From IMG/VR virus record IMGVR_UViG_3300017963_000129: a stretch of 40,933 nucleotides of DNA, one strand, 5' to 3'. Shown piece after piece: positions 1 through 8,379 of the stretch; the stretch's first letter is position 1; each line of letters begins with the position of its first letter. The stretch comes from a virus. The notes under the pieces are model-generated. The model had not been told where the DNA came from, did no database searches, and was given only the letters and a program-made list of their open reading frames with translations. Position numbers and translations under genes: made by a program.

Positions 1-123
1 CGCCGATGATGTCTATTTGACAGGTGATATTATCGGTTGCATCCACGTAATACTGCCACAACGTGTGCTCCTGCATCACGCCAGCCACCGGATAGCCGGG
101 CTGGATCCAGCCCGCCACCGTAA
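1..123. repeat. Terminal direct repeat; identical to 40811-40933 (circular assembly overlap or terminal redundancy)
   Basis: Read directly: cgccgatgatgtctatttgacaggtgat...ccagcccgccaccgtaa occurs at both window ends. A minus-strand frame crosses the junction without a stop. Confidence 0.9.
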
Positions 124-1306
124 ACTCGCCCGCCAGCTCATCATCCAGGTCCCAGCGCAGCGTACCCGCTGTCCGCAAACTCGAATCGTACGCCGCCGAC
201 ACCCAATCACAGCCGATTTCGGTGCCCGCGCAAAATGGAGCCGGTCGCGACGCGGGATCTAGCAAAGCCGCCGCCGCGATTTGCACATTATCCACGATTA
301 TCTCAGAACCCACCGCCACCTGCAGCCCATGCGAGCTGCTCACCGCCACCGCGTCATACGTGTCGTGACAATGATACCACGGCCCGCCATCAATCTGATC
401 CGTTGTCGGCGTGCCCAGCGCCGCCGCCTGGCCCCAGAACTGAAAATCAGCCGATGGATCCGCTCCGTCCGGACGCCGTACCATAGCGCTGATCGATTTG
501 ATCCCATCCCCCAGCGTCTGCGTCTGTGTGAACTGGTGCACCGCCGTCCCCTGGTTGATCAAATGCGCCGCGCTATCATGCGACAGCGTGAAGCCCGGCC
601 GCGTCTCCTGATACGCTACCAGATCCGCATCCGAGGCCGTCCAATCGTTATCCCACGTGCCATGCGCGAATTCCGCATTAGTAACCAGATTTGTCAGCGC
701 CATGGCCATCAACACGCCCTTATGCGGATCGATCTCAAGCTGGCCAATGCCTACGCCCGCGCTTTGCTGAAGCCCCTTTGCCACCGGCCCACACGTCAGC
801 GCCGCCACCATGCCCAAAATCGCATTATCCGATTGCAGCGCCCCGGCGTGCAGCGAGTCCGGCCAGCTGGGCACATTAATATCCAGCACGCGCTGGTAGT
901 GGTACATCTGCCCAAATACCGGCGCCGGGAGATCTGCCAGCGCCGACTCCATCAAGTACATCAGCCATACCGGTTCCCCCTGTGCGCGTTCCTCGTAATC
1001 ACGCACATCCAGCGCCACCCGGCCGATCTCTCGCTGCCAATATGCCAGCTGCGCCACCGAACTGCCGCGCAACTGGTAAACCAGCTCAAACACCGCATTA
1101 TCTCGCGTCGAATCAATTCGGTCCTGACCCTCTCTGCGCAGCGTCCCCCCGGACCACACCACCTGTTGCCCCCCCGGTCCAGGCGCAAACCCGCCCAGCA
1201 TCATCGCCAGATTCTTATCTGCCTGGTTCAGATCCAGCGTCCGGCTTGGATTCCGAGGTGGATAACGCTTGCTTCCGCCATACACCAGCTTCAGCGTCGT
1301 GATCAT
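1..1306 (-). CDS. Large tail-tip/baseplate protein, N-terminal part. The gene wraps the junction and continues 40810 down to 39540, about 858 aa in total.
   Basis: The ATG at 1306-1304 overlaps the tape measure stop (ATGA). My manual translation (MITTLKLVYGGSKRYPPRNPSRTLDLNQ...) stays open down to base 1. It is in the same frame (coordinate mod 3 = 1) as ORF 39540..40928. It is missing from the ORF track because there is no stop before the window edge. Confidence 0.65.
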   Translation of the reverse strand, partial: MITTLKLVYGGSKRYPPRNPSRTLDLNQADKNLAMMLGGFAPGPGGQQVVWSGGTLRREGQDRIDSTRDNAVFELVYQLRGSSVAQLAYWQREIGRVALDVRDYEERAQGEPVWLMYLMESALADLPAPVFGQMYHYQRVLDINVPSWPDSLHAGALQSDNAILGMVAALTCGPVAKGLQQSAGVGIGQLEIDPHKGVLMAMALTNLVTNAEFAHGTWDNDWTASDADLVAYQETRPGFTLSHDSAAHLINQGTAVHQFTQTQTLGDGIKSISAMVRRPDGADPSADFQFWGQAAALGTPTTDQIDGGPWYHCHDTYDAVAVSSSHGLQVAVGSEIIVDNVQIAAAALLDPASRPAPFCAGTEIGCDWVSAAYDSSLRTAGTLRWDLDDELAGEFTVAGWIQPGYPVAGVMQEHTLWQYYVDATDNITCQIDIIG

Positions 1307-2697
1307 AATCGCGCCCTACCTCCCATCCTGGCGCCCTGTCGCGCCGCCCTGCCCTGATAACCATCCACCACGCTGGCCAGTACCGCGCCATCCACCACCA
1401 GATTAATCACCCGCGACTCGCTGGGCATAATATATCCATCCTGCCCTGGCACAAACCTTTCGGGACCGCGTTCCCCGACCATATATGAGCGCCCCTGAGC
1501 CACCGGCCCGCCGTGCTGCCGCCCGCCGCCAAACAGCGCGCCCAGCCCGCCCTCCGGGAGCAATTGCCCGGGCGATACATTCTGCGTGCCCATTGCCCAG
1601 CCTTCACCCTGAGTCAACCCTTTGAGCTTATCCCACTCTTCCGACGCCCACTCAATCGCCGATGCCACGCCCTGAAACGCGACGGCCAGCAACTCCACGC
1701 TGACCACGATCGCATCCAGCCCGGCGCCAAAGATCGCCATAACCGCGTCCAGGCCCGTCACCTCGCCCGTAGTCAGCCCCAGCGCCGCCCCGATCCGCGT
1801 CAGCGCGTCGTTTATGGCCACCATCGCCGGTCCGACCGTAACACCCAGCTGCGAGGCAAACTCCGCAAACCGGCTCACCATCAGCGGCAACAGCTCCTGA
1901 GCGATAGGCACAATTGCCCCCAGGAACTTGGTCGCGATGGGTAGCAATTGCGTCCCCATCTCTGTCCCCGCCTCCGCCAATTGCGCCTTCAGCGCCCGCA
2001 TCTGATTCGCCCAGCTCCCCGAGGTGCGCGCCGCGTCGCCTTGCGCGTCCGTTGTGCCCGCCATGACAATATTCATCCTGGCCATGACTTTTTGCTGCTC
2101 CGTGGCCGCCTTGATCCCGTCGGCAATGCCCATCCTCATCAATTCCTGATCCAGCGTCGCCTGCGTAATCACGATGCCGTACTTCCTGACCGTCTCGTGG
2201 TTGCCCACCAGCGCCGACTGGAAATCGTTGATCACGTCCGTTTCCAGCGTGTTGTTAAACGAGGCCACGTCGACGGCCAGCTTCGTCATATCCGTCGACA
2301 GCCGCGCCGCCTCCCCCCGGGCAAAGCCCATGGGCACAAACGTGTCCTGCAACGTGCTGGCCATTTCCATCAGCTCGAACTTGTTGCGCCCCACCGCGTT
2401 ACCAAACTCATCCAGCCACATCTCCGCCGACTGCGCCGACGTGCCAAACACCGTATCAAATTTGGCCTTCATCTCCTCCGCATCGCTGCCCAAACCCACC
2501 AGCTTGGCGCCGATGCCCGCGCCCGCCGCGCCCAGCGCCGCCAGCGCGCCCACACCGCCGATCGCTGCCGTCTTGAGTCCCCTGGTCAATACACCGCTGA
2601 ACCTCTGCAGCCCGCCCCGCGCCTGCTTCATCCCGCGCTCATAGCCAGAACTGTTCAGACCCAGCGTCGCGTATAGCGATGCAGCCTCAATTGCCAT
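1303..2697 (-). CDS. Tail tape measure protein (short, 464 aa)
   Basis: Gly/Ala-rich hydrophobic N-terminal stretch (AAIGGVGALAALGAAGAGIGAKLVGLG). TP901-type TMP core-like region (FGTSAQSAEMWLDEFGNAVGRNKFELMEMASTLQDTFVPMGF). Sits directly after the G/T chaperone pair. GGAG RBS before the ATG. Confidence 0.85.
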   Translation of the reverse strand: MAIEAASLYATLGLNSSGYERGMKQARGGLQRFSGVLTRGLKTAAIGGVGALAALGAAGAGIGAKLVGLGSDAEEMKAKFDTVFGTSAQSAEMWLDEFGNAVGRNKFELMEMASTLQDTFVPMGFARGEAARLSTDMTKLAVDVASFNNTLETDVINDFQSALVGNHETVRKYGIVITQATLDQELMRMGIADGIKAATEQQKVMARMNIVMAGTTDAQGDAARTSGSWANQMRALKAQLAEAGTEMGTQLLPIATKFLGAIVPIAQELLPLMVSRFAEFASQLGVTVGPAMVAINDALTRIGAALGLTTGEVTGLDAVMAIFGAGLDAIVVSVELLAVAFQGVASAIEWASEEWDKLKGLTQGEGWAMGTQNVSPGQLLPEGGLGALFGGGRQHGGPVAQGRSYMVGERGPERFVPGQDGYIMPSESRVINLVVDGAVLASVVDGYQGRAARQGARMGGRARL

Positions 2698-2869
2698 TTC
2701 TTATCTCCACAAAATTCTCCGCCTCGTGGACCTGCAAAACTGTCTCAAAATCGAACCACCCCAACTGATCGATATAACCCAATGGCCAGCCCGTGATCAA
2801 CGCCAATTTAGCGCGTTGGTAAACCGCCCCCGTCCAGGTATCCATGGGCTGCCGGAACTTCGCCGACAA
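2687..2869 (-). CDS. Tail assembly chaperone, -1 frame extension (T-like part of a G-T fusion)
   Basis: The -1 frame is open from the A9 slippery run (2889-2897) into this ORF (AKKKVGERVW then the ORF). It ends 11 nt inside the TMP gene. The position matches the conserved G/T arrangement. Confidence 0.6.
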   Translation of the reverse strand: MSAKFRQPMDTWTGAVYQRAKLALITGWPLGYIDQLGWFDFETVLQVHEAENFVEIRNGN

Positions 2870-2883
2870 CCAAACCCGCTCGC

Positions 2884-3192
2884 CTACCTTTTTTTTTGCA
2901 GCATCCGGATCGCCTGCTCCAGCGCGTTATCCACCCGCTGCGCATCGTGCATCGGCAGATCCATATATGAATCTGTCGTGATCGACACCTCGTACGGCCA
3001 ATCCACCACCACGCGCTCGATCAGCACGCCCGTATGCTGATCCGCCTCCAAGCCCTTGGCCGCCATCTGCGCCGCCGCGATCTCGCCCATCAGCTCGTGA
3101 AACTCGCGCCGCGTCACCCGGTTCAGATCGATCTGGATGCCGTCGATGTCCTGAACCGTCACCACCGGCCCCGTTTGTGTCCCCTCCATCAT
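2884..3192 (-). CDS. Tail assembly chaperone (G-like)
   Basis: 102-aa acidic protein between the major tail protein and TMP. It ends ...LQKKR-stop on an A9 run. GAGGGGGG RBS. Confidence 0.65.
   Translation of the reverse strand: MMEGTQTGPVVTVQDIDGIQIDLNRVTRREFHELMGEIAAAQMAAKGLEADQHTGVLIERVVVDWPYEVSITTDSYMDLPMHDAQRVDNALEQAIRMLQKKR
2889..2897 (-). other. Candidate programmed -1 ribosomal frameshift site (A AAA AAA slippery run)
   Basis: The minus strand reads CTG CAA AAA AAA AGG TAG. Slipping -1 gives GCA AAA AAA AAG GTA GGC GAG CGG GTT TGG, which is open into ORF 2687..2869. Confidence 0.55.
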
Positions 3193-3207
3193 TCCCCCCT
3201 CACTGGC

Positions 3208-3606
3208 CTAATATGACGATTGTACCACGCCCGAGTTGTCGCTGAATTGGAAGTTGACATTCAACGTCACCACGTCGTTATATCCCACCGACCGCGCCCG
3301 CTCGCTCACGATCGCCGTCACCGTGTATTTCGGCTTCCCGCTGGCTGTGCCCTCCGGAGCCCACTCCAGTGTCCCACTCGTGCCGTTCGCCACCGCCGCC
3401 CACAACGCTGTGCCGCTGGTCTGATCCACCAGCTCCAGCGTCGCCTGGCCGTTGGTCAGCGTCGTCACGTGCGTCGTGCCCGTGTCGCTGCCCGCGCTGG
3501 CATCCACCAGATCCATGGTCTCCGTCACGTCAAAACGCCGATAATCGCCATCCAGCACGGTCGATCCAAAGATCAAATATAAATTGGTTCCTGAATATTC
3601 TGCCAT
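3208..3606 (-). CDS. Major tail (tube) protein
   Basis: 132-aa protein immediately upstream of the chaperone pair. AGGAG RBS. The position is canonical for siphoviruses. Similarity to known families was not verified. Confidence 0.6.
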   Translation of the reverse strand: MAEYSGTNLYLIFGSTVLDGDYRRFDVTETMDLVDASAGSDTGTTHVTTLTNGQATLELVDQTSGTALWAAVANGTSGTLEWAPEGTASGKPKYTVTAIVSERARSVGYNDVVTLNVNFQFSDNSGVVQSSY

Positions 3607-3662
3607 CGTTCACTCCTGTTTTTGAGTCCTGACTTGTTCATGCTCCCTGAACTTGTTCAGGC

Positions 3663-4073
3663 TTAGTCCAAATCGATCCGGATCCGATAAAGCCCCCCCA
3701 CCTGGTACTTCGTGACGCCCCCTGCGTCTTCCTGAGCTAAATTTACGTCCTCTTCCCTGGCCGTCCAAAAGTTTGTCCAGCCAGAGACGCTCACAGACGA
3801 CTGGTGCAGCGCCGCGTCAATCGCGCTGTCAATCCCGGCCGCGTCCGCCTGCGTCGCAGCCACGCCAAACACCGCGTACACGACGTTTCGCGTGCGATTA
3901 GGCGTCTCGTTCTCATCGCCGCCGCCCTGCCACTGGAAAATCACGTACTTCTCCGGAGGCGACTGAGGAGCGCGCTTGTTGTAGATCGCCGTACCTCCCA
4001 GCTCCGTAATAAGGCTGGCATCTCCGGATAACAGACTGTAAATCCCCGTTTCCAGCGCCTCCACCGGCATCAT
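3663..4073 (-). CDS. Tail completion/terminator-like protein (DUF3168-like)
   Basis: 136 aa, directly upstream of the major tail protein, overlapping the upstream gene (ATGA-type). The N-terminus (ALETGIYSLLSGDASLITELGG..IYNKRAPQ) resembles the DUF3168 pattern from memory. Confidence 0.5.
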   Translation of the reverse strand: MMPVEALETGIYSLLSGDASLITELGGTAIYNKRAPQSPPEKYVIFQWQGGGDENETPNRTRNVVYAVFGVAATQADAAGIDSAIDAALHQSSVSVSGWTNFWTAREEDVNLAQEDAGGVTKYQVGGLYRIRIDLD

Positions 4074-4393
4074 TTCACCTTCCGCGTCGTGATCGAGTTT
4101 TTATAGGCCCCCGTGTCCACATTCACATCCGAGGCCCACATCGTCTGCACGTCCTTCGCCATCTTGTTGATCGCATCATCCAGTGACACCCCCCGCTCCA
4201 GCGCCTCCGAAATCACCCGCCGAAACACCCGCCGCGTCTTCTCCATGGCTGGCACGAGCGACGGATGCCCTGAGCTGGTGAATTCCTGGTACACGCCATA
4301 ATGCACCCCATCGTGCACCTCATACACCGGAGACTCGGTCGCCTGGATCAGATCGTCCATCTTCTTTGTATCCAACCGCACCCGTACGGCCAT
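4070..4393 (-). CDS. Head-tail joining protein (HK97 gp10-like by position)
   Basis: 107 aa, translationally coupled to both neighbours, in the connector gene string. Confidence 0.45.
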   Translation of the reverse strand: MAVRVRLDTKKMDDLIQATESPVYEVHDGVHYGVYQEFTSSGHPSLVPAMEKTRRVFRRVISEALERGVSLDDAINKMAKDVQTMWASDVNVDTGAYKNSITTRKVK

Positions 4394-4761
4394 CAGTTCA
4401 CCCGTGCAAGAAGCGCCCGGCGTATGGTGCGATAGCTGTGATCGTCCTCCACCGCCAGCACCTCATACGTGTCGCTATCAAACGTGATCCGGTCCTCGAT
4501 GGTGATCGCCTGATCGTATGCCACGCTCAGCATCCACGTCGACCGTCCCTCCAGCGCGAAGTTGAAAACCTGCTCTGCCCGTTGCATACCCAACGGCGCC
4601 AGCCTGCAATCCACATCCTCGTACGTGTCCGACCAGCTCAGCGAGCTCCCCCCCAGCGCGTCCACGCTCTCCGTCCGCGTCTGGATAGTGCACGTATCCG
4701 GAAACCAATCATCGGCGATCACCCGCAGCGCCACCAGCTCCTGATCCGTCAGTCCGCTCAT
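4393..4761 (-). CDS. Head closure / head-tail adaptor protein
   Basis: 122 aa. The pattern DTCTIQTRTESVDALGGSSLSWSDTYEDVDCRLAPLG resembles the phage head-tail adaptor family. Position is consistent. Confidence 0.55.
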   Translation of the reverse strand: MSGLTDQELVALRVIADDWFPDTCTIQTRTESVDALGGSSLSWSDTYEDVDCRLAPLGMQRAEQVFNFALEGRSTWMLSVAYDQAITIEDRITFDSDTYEVLAVEDDHSYRTIRRALLARVN

Positions 4762-5369
4762 CCGATATCCGTCCTGACAAACTGTGCCATCCGGATCTCC
4801 CCCGCCGCGTTGGTCACCACGTTCGCCCCGGCCCGGGCCCGCAGAATCTTTTCCATCTTCTCCGCGTGCTCAAACGCCTGCTGACGCTGAAAACGCTGGC
4901 CATCCGCCTGGAAATCATACCAGTCCGAGAAATAGGCCGCCCGCTCTGCCCAGATATCGGCCGCCGCCGCGTTGATGTCGTAACTGTAGCCCGTCAGATA
5001 GTAGGCCGTGCCGCCCTGGCTGGTGGTGAAGGAAATCCTTCCCGAGCGATAATCGGCCGTGTAATTCGCCGTGCCGATCTCCGCCCCCGGGCCATCGCGC
5101 ACGATCCAGCGCGCCGTACCGCTGGCCGCCGTCTCGAAATCGCGATACTCCGCCGCGCACACCAGATACGTCACCGTACCCCCGCCGATCGACTGCGGCA
5201 GCCACGTCAGCGGAGCATCGATCATAAACGTGCTGTGACTATCCAGCGTGTCCTGGATGTGCTGATCCGACCACCATCCCTCCGCGTCGATATCATACTC
5301 ATCCGTACGCGCCTTCGTCAGACCCCGCACCCTCAGGATCAGATCCGACATACCAGCTCTTAGAGCCAT
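4758..5369 (-). CDS. Hypothetical virion protein (possible head-tail connector)
   Basis: 203-aa ORF coupled to the adaptor gene. No motif recognised. Confidence 0.4.
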   Translation of the reverse strand: MALRAGMSDLILRVRGLTKARTDEYDIDAEGWWSDQHIQDTLDSHSTFMIDAPLTWLPQSIGGGTVTYLVCAAEYRDFETAASGTARWIVRDGPGAEIGTANYTADYRSGRISFTTSQGGTAYYLTGYSYDINAAAADIWAERAAYFSDWYDFQADGQRFQRQQAFEHAEKMEKILRARAGANVVTNAAGEIRMAQFVRTDIG

Positions 5370-5372
5370 AGT

Positions 5373-5681
5373 TTACTCCTGCCCATACACATACCCCCAC
5401 GCCTCCACCACATTCGTGCCCACCGTAAACTTAATCTCCATCCGGTAGCGCGTGCCAGAGGTCAGCGACGTGATGGTGCCCGTCGTGATCTCATCCCCGC
5501 TCACAGAGGCCGTGCCAGAGACGTTGGTGCTGGTCACATCCGTGCCCGCCTCATCATACATCGCCACCGATGGTGATGTCGGGCTGGATCCCCACGGCGT
5601 CGTGGTCAGCACGTACTGGATCTGCTCATCCTCACCCTGATACAGAGGATGCTCTTTGAACTGCCGATCTGTGCTCTTCAT
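5373..5681 (-). CDS. Hypothetical small Ser/Thr-rich beta protein
   Basis: 102-aa ORF, tightly packed in the operon. Sequence VSGTASVSGDEITTGTITSLTSGTRYRMEIKF suggests an Ig-like/beta-sandwich fold, which is inference only. Confidence 0.45.
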   Translation of the reverse strand: MKSTDRQFKEHPLYQGEDEQIQYVLTTTPWGSSPTSPSVAMYDEAGTDVTSTNVSGTASVSGDEITTGTITSLTSGTRYRMEIKFTVGTNVVEAWGYVYGQE

Positions 5682-5687
5682 ATCGGC

Positions 5688-6113
5688 CTACCCTACGTTG
5701 ATAATGCCTTCAGATCCCCATTGGATGGTGAAGTCGCCGTTGGTGGAAGTTTTGTCTTCCGAGAAGTCAAAATACGCGATCAGGTTATCCGTCGCCGCCG
5801 CCCCCGTCGACTTGTACAGCACCGCCGCCCGCGCCGTGATGCTGGAGCTGCTCCAAGTCACATCCGCCGCGTCATACACGCCCTCATTGTCCGTGTTGTC
5901 CTGTGTTACCGTTCCGCTCGCCAGTGCCGTCCCCCCCGAAGTGTAACCCGTACCCGCCACCTCGTTGGTAACATCACTGCGCCGCGTATGGCTGTCCTGA
6001 TCTGGCGTATAACTGGAAGTCACCAACATCACCTTGATGGTGCCCGCCGCCATATCCCCGATCGAGCCATCCACCAACTCTTTCTTGAAACTGTTGTAAA
6101 CTACGTCTGCCAT
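5688..6113 (-). CDS. Hypothetical structural protein
   Basis: 141-aa ORF. It resembles a conserved phage virion-protein pattern I cannot name (KVMLVTSSYTPDQDSH...GYTSGG...LYKSTG). Confidence 0.45.
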   Translation of the reverse strand: MADVVYNSFKKELVDGSIGDMAAGTIKVMLVTSSYTPDQDSHTRRSDVTNEVAGTGYTSGGTALASGTVTQDNTDNEGVYDAADVTWSSSSITARAAVLYKSTGAAATDNLIAYFDFSEDKTSTNGDFTIQWGSEGIINVG

Positions 6114-6119
6114 TTTGGA

Positions 6120-7700
6120 TCACCTCGTTTCCAAAGTTAATGTCGCACTCCGCGACCACAAGGTGAGATCCCGCGTAACCGCCGCCCCGCTCACCACCGA
6201 AACCGTAACCGCAATCACCGCCACTGTCAGCGTCACCGTGCTGGGCAACACCAACCCGTCCCCCACCACCACTGGCGCCACCGTGCTGACCGTCAGCGCC
6301 TGCGTGCTGGCTGATACAATGATATCCCCTGCTAACACTGTAGGCGCCACCGTACTGGCCGTCAGCGCCTGCTCCCCAACCGCCACCAGCGCCCCGGCCG
6401 CGATCGTGGATGATACCGTGCTCACCGTCACCGTCTGCGTGTTGACCGCTACGGCAACCTCTCCCCCAATCAACACCGTCACCGCGATCGCGCTCACCGT
6501 CAGCGCCTGCGTATTGACCGCCACTGCGCAATCGCCGCTGATCGTGGGCGATACTGTGCTAACCGTCGCCGTCAGCGTGCTGACGTCCGCCGACACGTCC
6601 CCTGCGATGCTCACCGTCACCGCGATCGCGCTCACCGTCAGCGCCTGCGTATTGACCGTAACCAGCGCCCCGGCCGCAATCGTGGGCGAGACCGTACTGG
6701 CCGTCACACTCAGCGTGTTGACCGTAACCAACGCCCCGCCCGCAATCGTGGGCGAGACCGTGCTGGCCGTCACGCTCAATGTATTGACCGTAACCAACGC
6801 CCCGCCCGCAATCGTGGGTGATACCGTGCTGGCCGTCACGCTCAACGTGTTGACCGTCGTGCTTGCATTGGCCACCACGCTGATCGTGGGCGAGACCGTG
6901 CTGGCCATCACGCTCAGCGTGTTGACCGTCGTGCTCACATTGCCCACCACGCTGATCGTGGGCGAGACCGTACTGGCCGTCACGCTTAGCGTGTTGACCG
7001 TCGTGCTCACATTGCCCACCACGCTGATCGTGGGCGAGACCGTGCTGGCCGTCACGCTTAGCGTGTTGACCGTCGTGCTCGCGTTGGCCACCACGCTGAT
7101 CGTCGGCGTAACCGTGCTCACCGTCGCCGTCAGCGTATTCGGCGTAGCCGTCACGCTCACGGCCCCCGATAAGTTGCCCCCCTCCCAGTCGTCGATGCGA
7201 AACGCCGCACTCTCGTTATAGCCCGATACGCCAGCGGAACCCGAAGACATAGCCGAGTCGGTATCGGATGTTTCTTCCACATCGTCAATCAGCGCTGTTA
7301 TCGTCGTGCCTTCGGCCTCAATGCGCATCACCTCCGAGGCCGAGAGAGCGGTACCGTTGCTGCCTAACTGCGTCCAGGAACCGGACACCATCTTGAACAG
7401 ATACGAATTGGTATTATCTGTGTAAAAGCCGTAATAGGTCGCGGCCGACGCGTGACACCGCACAGCTACACCAATAGCGTAGGCAGCGCTACCAATTGCG
7501 ACTGCTGTCGCCTCGGCGTACTGATCGTTATTAAAGCTGTCCGCGTTCCAATGCGCGCCAGCCTCATCAACAGCTTCATCCGGCCCCAGCGCGTTGGTCT
7601 GGATGTGGAAGTCGCCAGTATTCAGCGTCCAGTTCGCACTATGTGCGGTTAGCTGCGTGCCATTGCTATTGGTAAAACTGTCGGTTGCCGGTAAAGCCAC
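6120..7700 (-). CDS. Fibre protein: N-terminal jelly-roll (LamG/concanavalin-like) domain plus about 15 tandem 22-24-aa repeats
   Basis: The N-terminal ~180 aa look like a globular beta domain. The rest is repeats of the type VNTLSVTASTVSPTISVVGNVSTT. The C-terminal end LTLWSRSATLTLETR is paralogous to the end of 8380..9573. Confidence 0.7.
   Translation of the reverse strand: MALPATDSFTNSNGTQLTAHSANWTLNTGDFHIQTNALGPDEAVDEAGAHWNADSFNNDQYAEATAVAIGSAAYAIGVAVRCHASAATYYGFYTDNTNSYLFKMVSGSWTQLGSNGTALSASEVMRIEAEGTTITALIDDVEETSDTDSAMSSGSAGVSGYNESAAFRIDDWEGGNLSGAVSVTATPNTLTATVSTVTPTISVVANASTTVNTLSVTASTVSPTISVVGNVSTTVNTLSVTASTVSPTISVVGNVSTTVNTLSVMASTVSPTISVVANASTTVNTLSVTASTVSPTIAGGALVTVNTLSVTASTVSPTIAGGALVTVNTLSVTASTVSPTIAAGALVTVNTQALTVSAIAVTVSIAGDVSADVSTLTATVSTVSPTISGDCAVAVNTQALTVSAIAVTVLIGGEVAVAVNTQTVTVSTVSSTIAAGALVAVGEQALTASTVAPTVLAGDIIVSASTQALTVSTVAPVVVGDGLVLPSTVTLTVAVIAVTVSVVSGAAVTRDLTLWSRSATLTLETR
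6649..7134. repeat. Near-perfect tandem repeats inside the fibre gene: 3 x 66 bp (6649-6846) then 4 x 72 bp (6847-7134)
   Basis: The anchor gt(g/a)ttgaccgt recurs at 6649, 6715, 6781, 6847, 6919, 6991 and 7063. More diverged copies extend from about 6185 to 7150. Confidence 0.9.
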
Positions 7701-8369
7701 TTAAAACTCCACACCACCCATCACAAACGACTGACCTTCCCAGAGATTGCCAGCTTGCTTAACCAATTGCCGTAACCGGGAATTGCGACTCACCAAGGTC
7801 CGATCATACCCAAACGATTCGAGCGTGAGATAAAACCACTCCTCCTCTTGCGCCGACATCTCGCGCAAGCGATCATCCAGCGTCGCCGTATCAAAAATAC
7901 TATGTAGCTCACCGCTCTGATCCGCCGCAATCCCGCCATAGCGTTGGTTAAACTGAAACATACCTGCCAACTGCCTGAGCAATTCGCGATACGTTGTGCT
8001 CGGCGTCAGCCAACCCGTAGGAATATGCAGCGTCTCAAAAAACACATCGATAGTCGGATCACTGACTGGTTGATCCACGTCCTCCGGGAATGCGTAAACG
8101 TCCGCATTCAAAACCAGTGCATCGTGATCTGCCTGCTCGATGTCGTGAGCCAACACCAGCATCGTCGGCACAAAACCATAATCCATCGCCGACCATCGAC
8201 AATCAATACCGGACGGGTTGAAACGCCACTTAAAATACTCCGGCCCTCGTGCGTTCCCCACCGTCTCCACTGGTACCAGATAAAAACGTCCCACAATTTC
8301 CTCCTGCGCTTGAACCGTAACCGGCCACAGAACCGTCAGCAGAACCAACAGCAATAATGCGCGTTTCAT
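7701..8369 (-). CDS. Secreted protein of unknown function (cleavable signal peptide)
   Basis: MKRALLLLVLLTVLWPVTVQAQEE with a GGAGGAG RBS before the ATG at 8369. The longer track ORF (to 8393) lacks an RBS. Confidence 0.65.
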   Translation of the reverse strand: MKRALLLLVLLTVLWPVTVQAQEEIVGRFYLVPVETVGNARGPEYFKWRFNPSGIDCRWSAMDYGFVPTMLVLAHDIEQADHDALVLNADVYAFPEDVDQPVSDPTIDVFFETLHIPTGWLTPSTTYRELLRQLAGMFQFNQRYGGIAADQSGELHSIFDTATLDDRLREMSAQEEEWFYLTLESFGYDRTLVSRNSRLRQLVKQAGNLWEGQSFVMGGVEF

Positions 8370-8379
8370 CCCTCTCCTC

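Noticed and set aside
1-123. The terminal repeat as an LTR or insertion-sequence end.
   Set aside because: An open reading frame passes seamlessly through the junction, and the repeat is direct and exact. It is best explained by circular assembly or phage terminal redundancy.
281-1357. Long plus-strand ORFs antisense to minus-strand genes. Examples: 281..1357, 1948..2676, 6115..7221, 8357..9103, 10918..11880, 11651..12379, 13505..14515, 14915..15724, 21761..22462, 22329..23135, 25565..26662, 27425..28462, 31324..32226 and 38149..39135.
   Set aside because: Their Arg/Pro/His-rich low-complexity translations are typical of shadow frames in GC-rich DNA. They have no RBS. Each overlaps a minus-strand gene with clear motifs or operon coupling.
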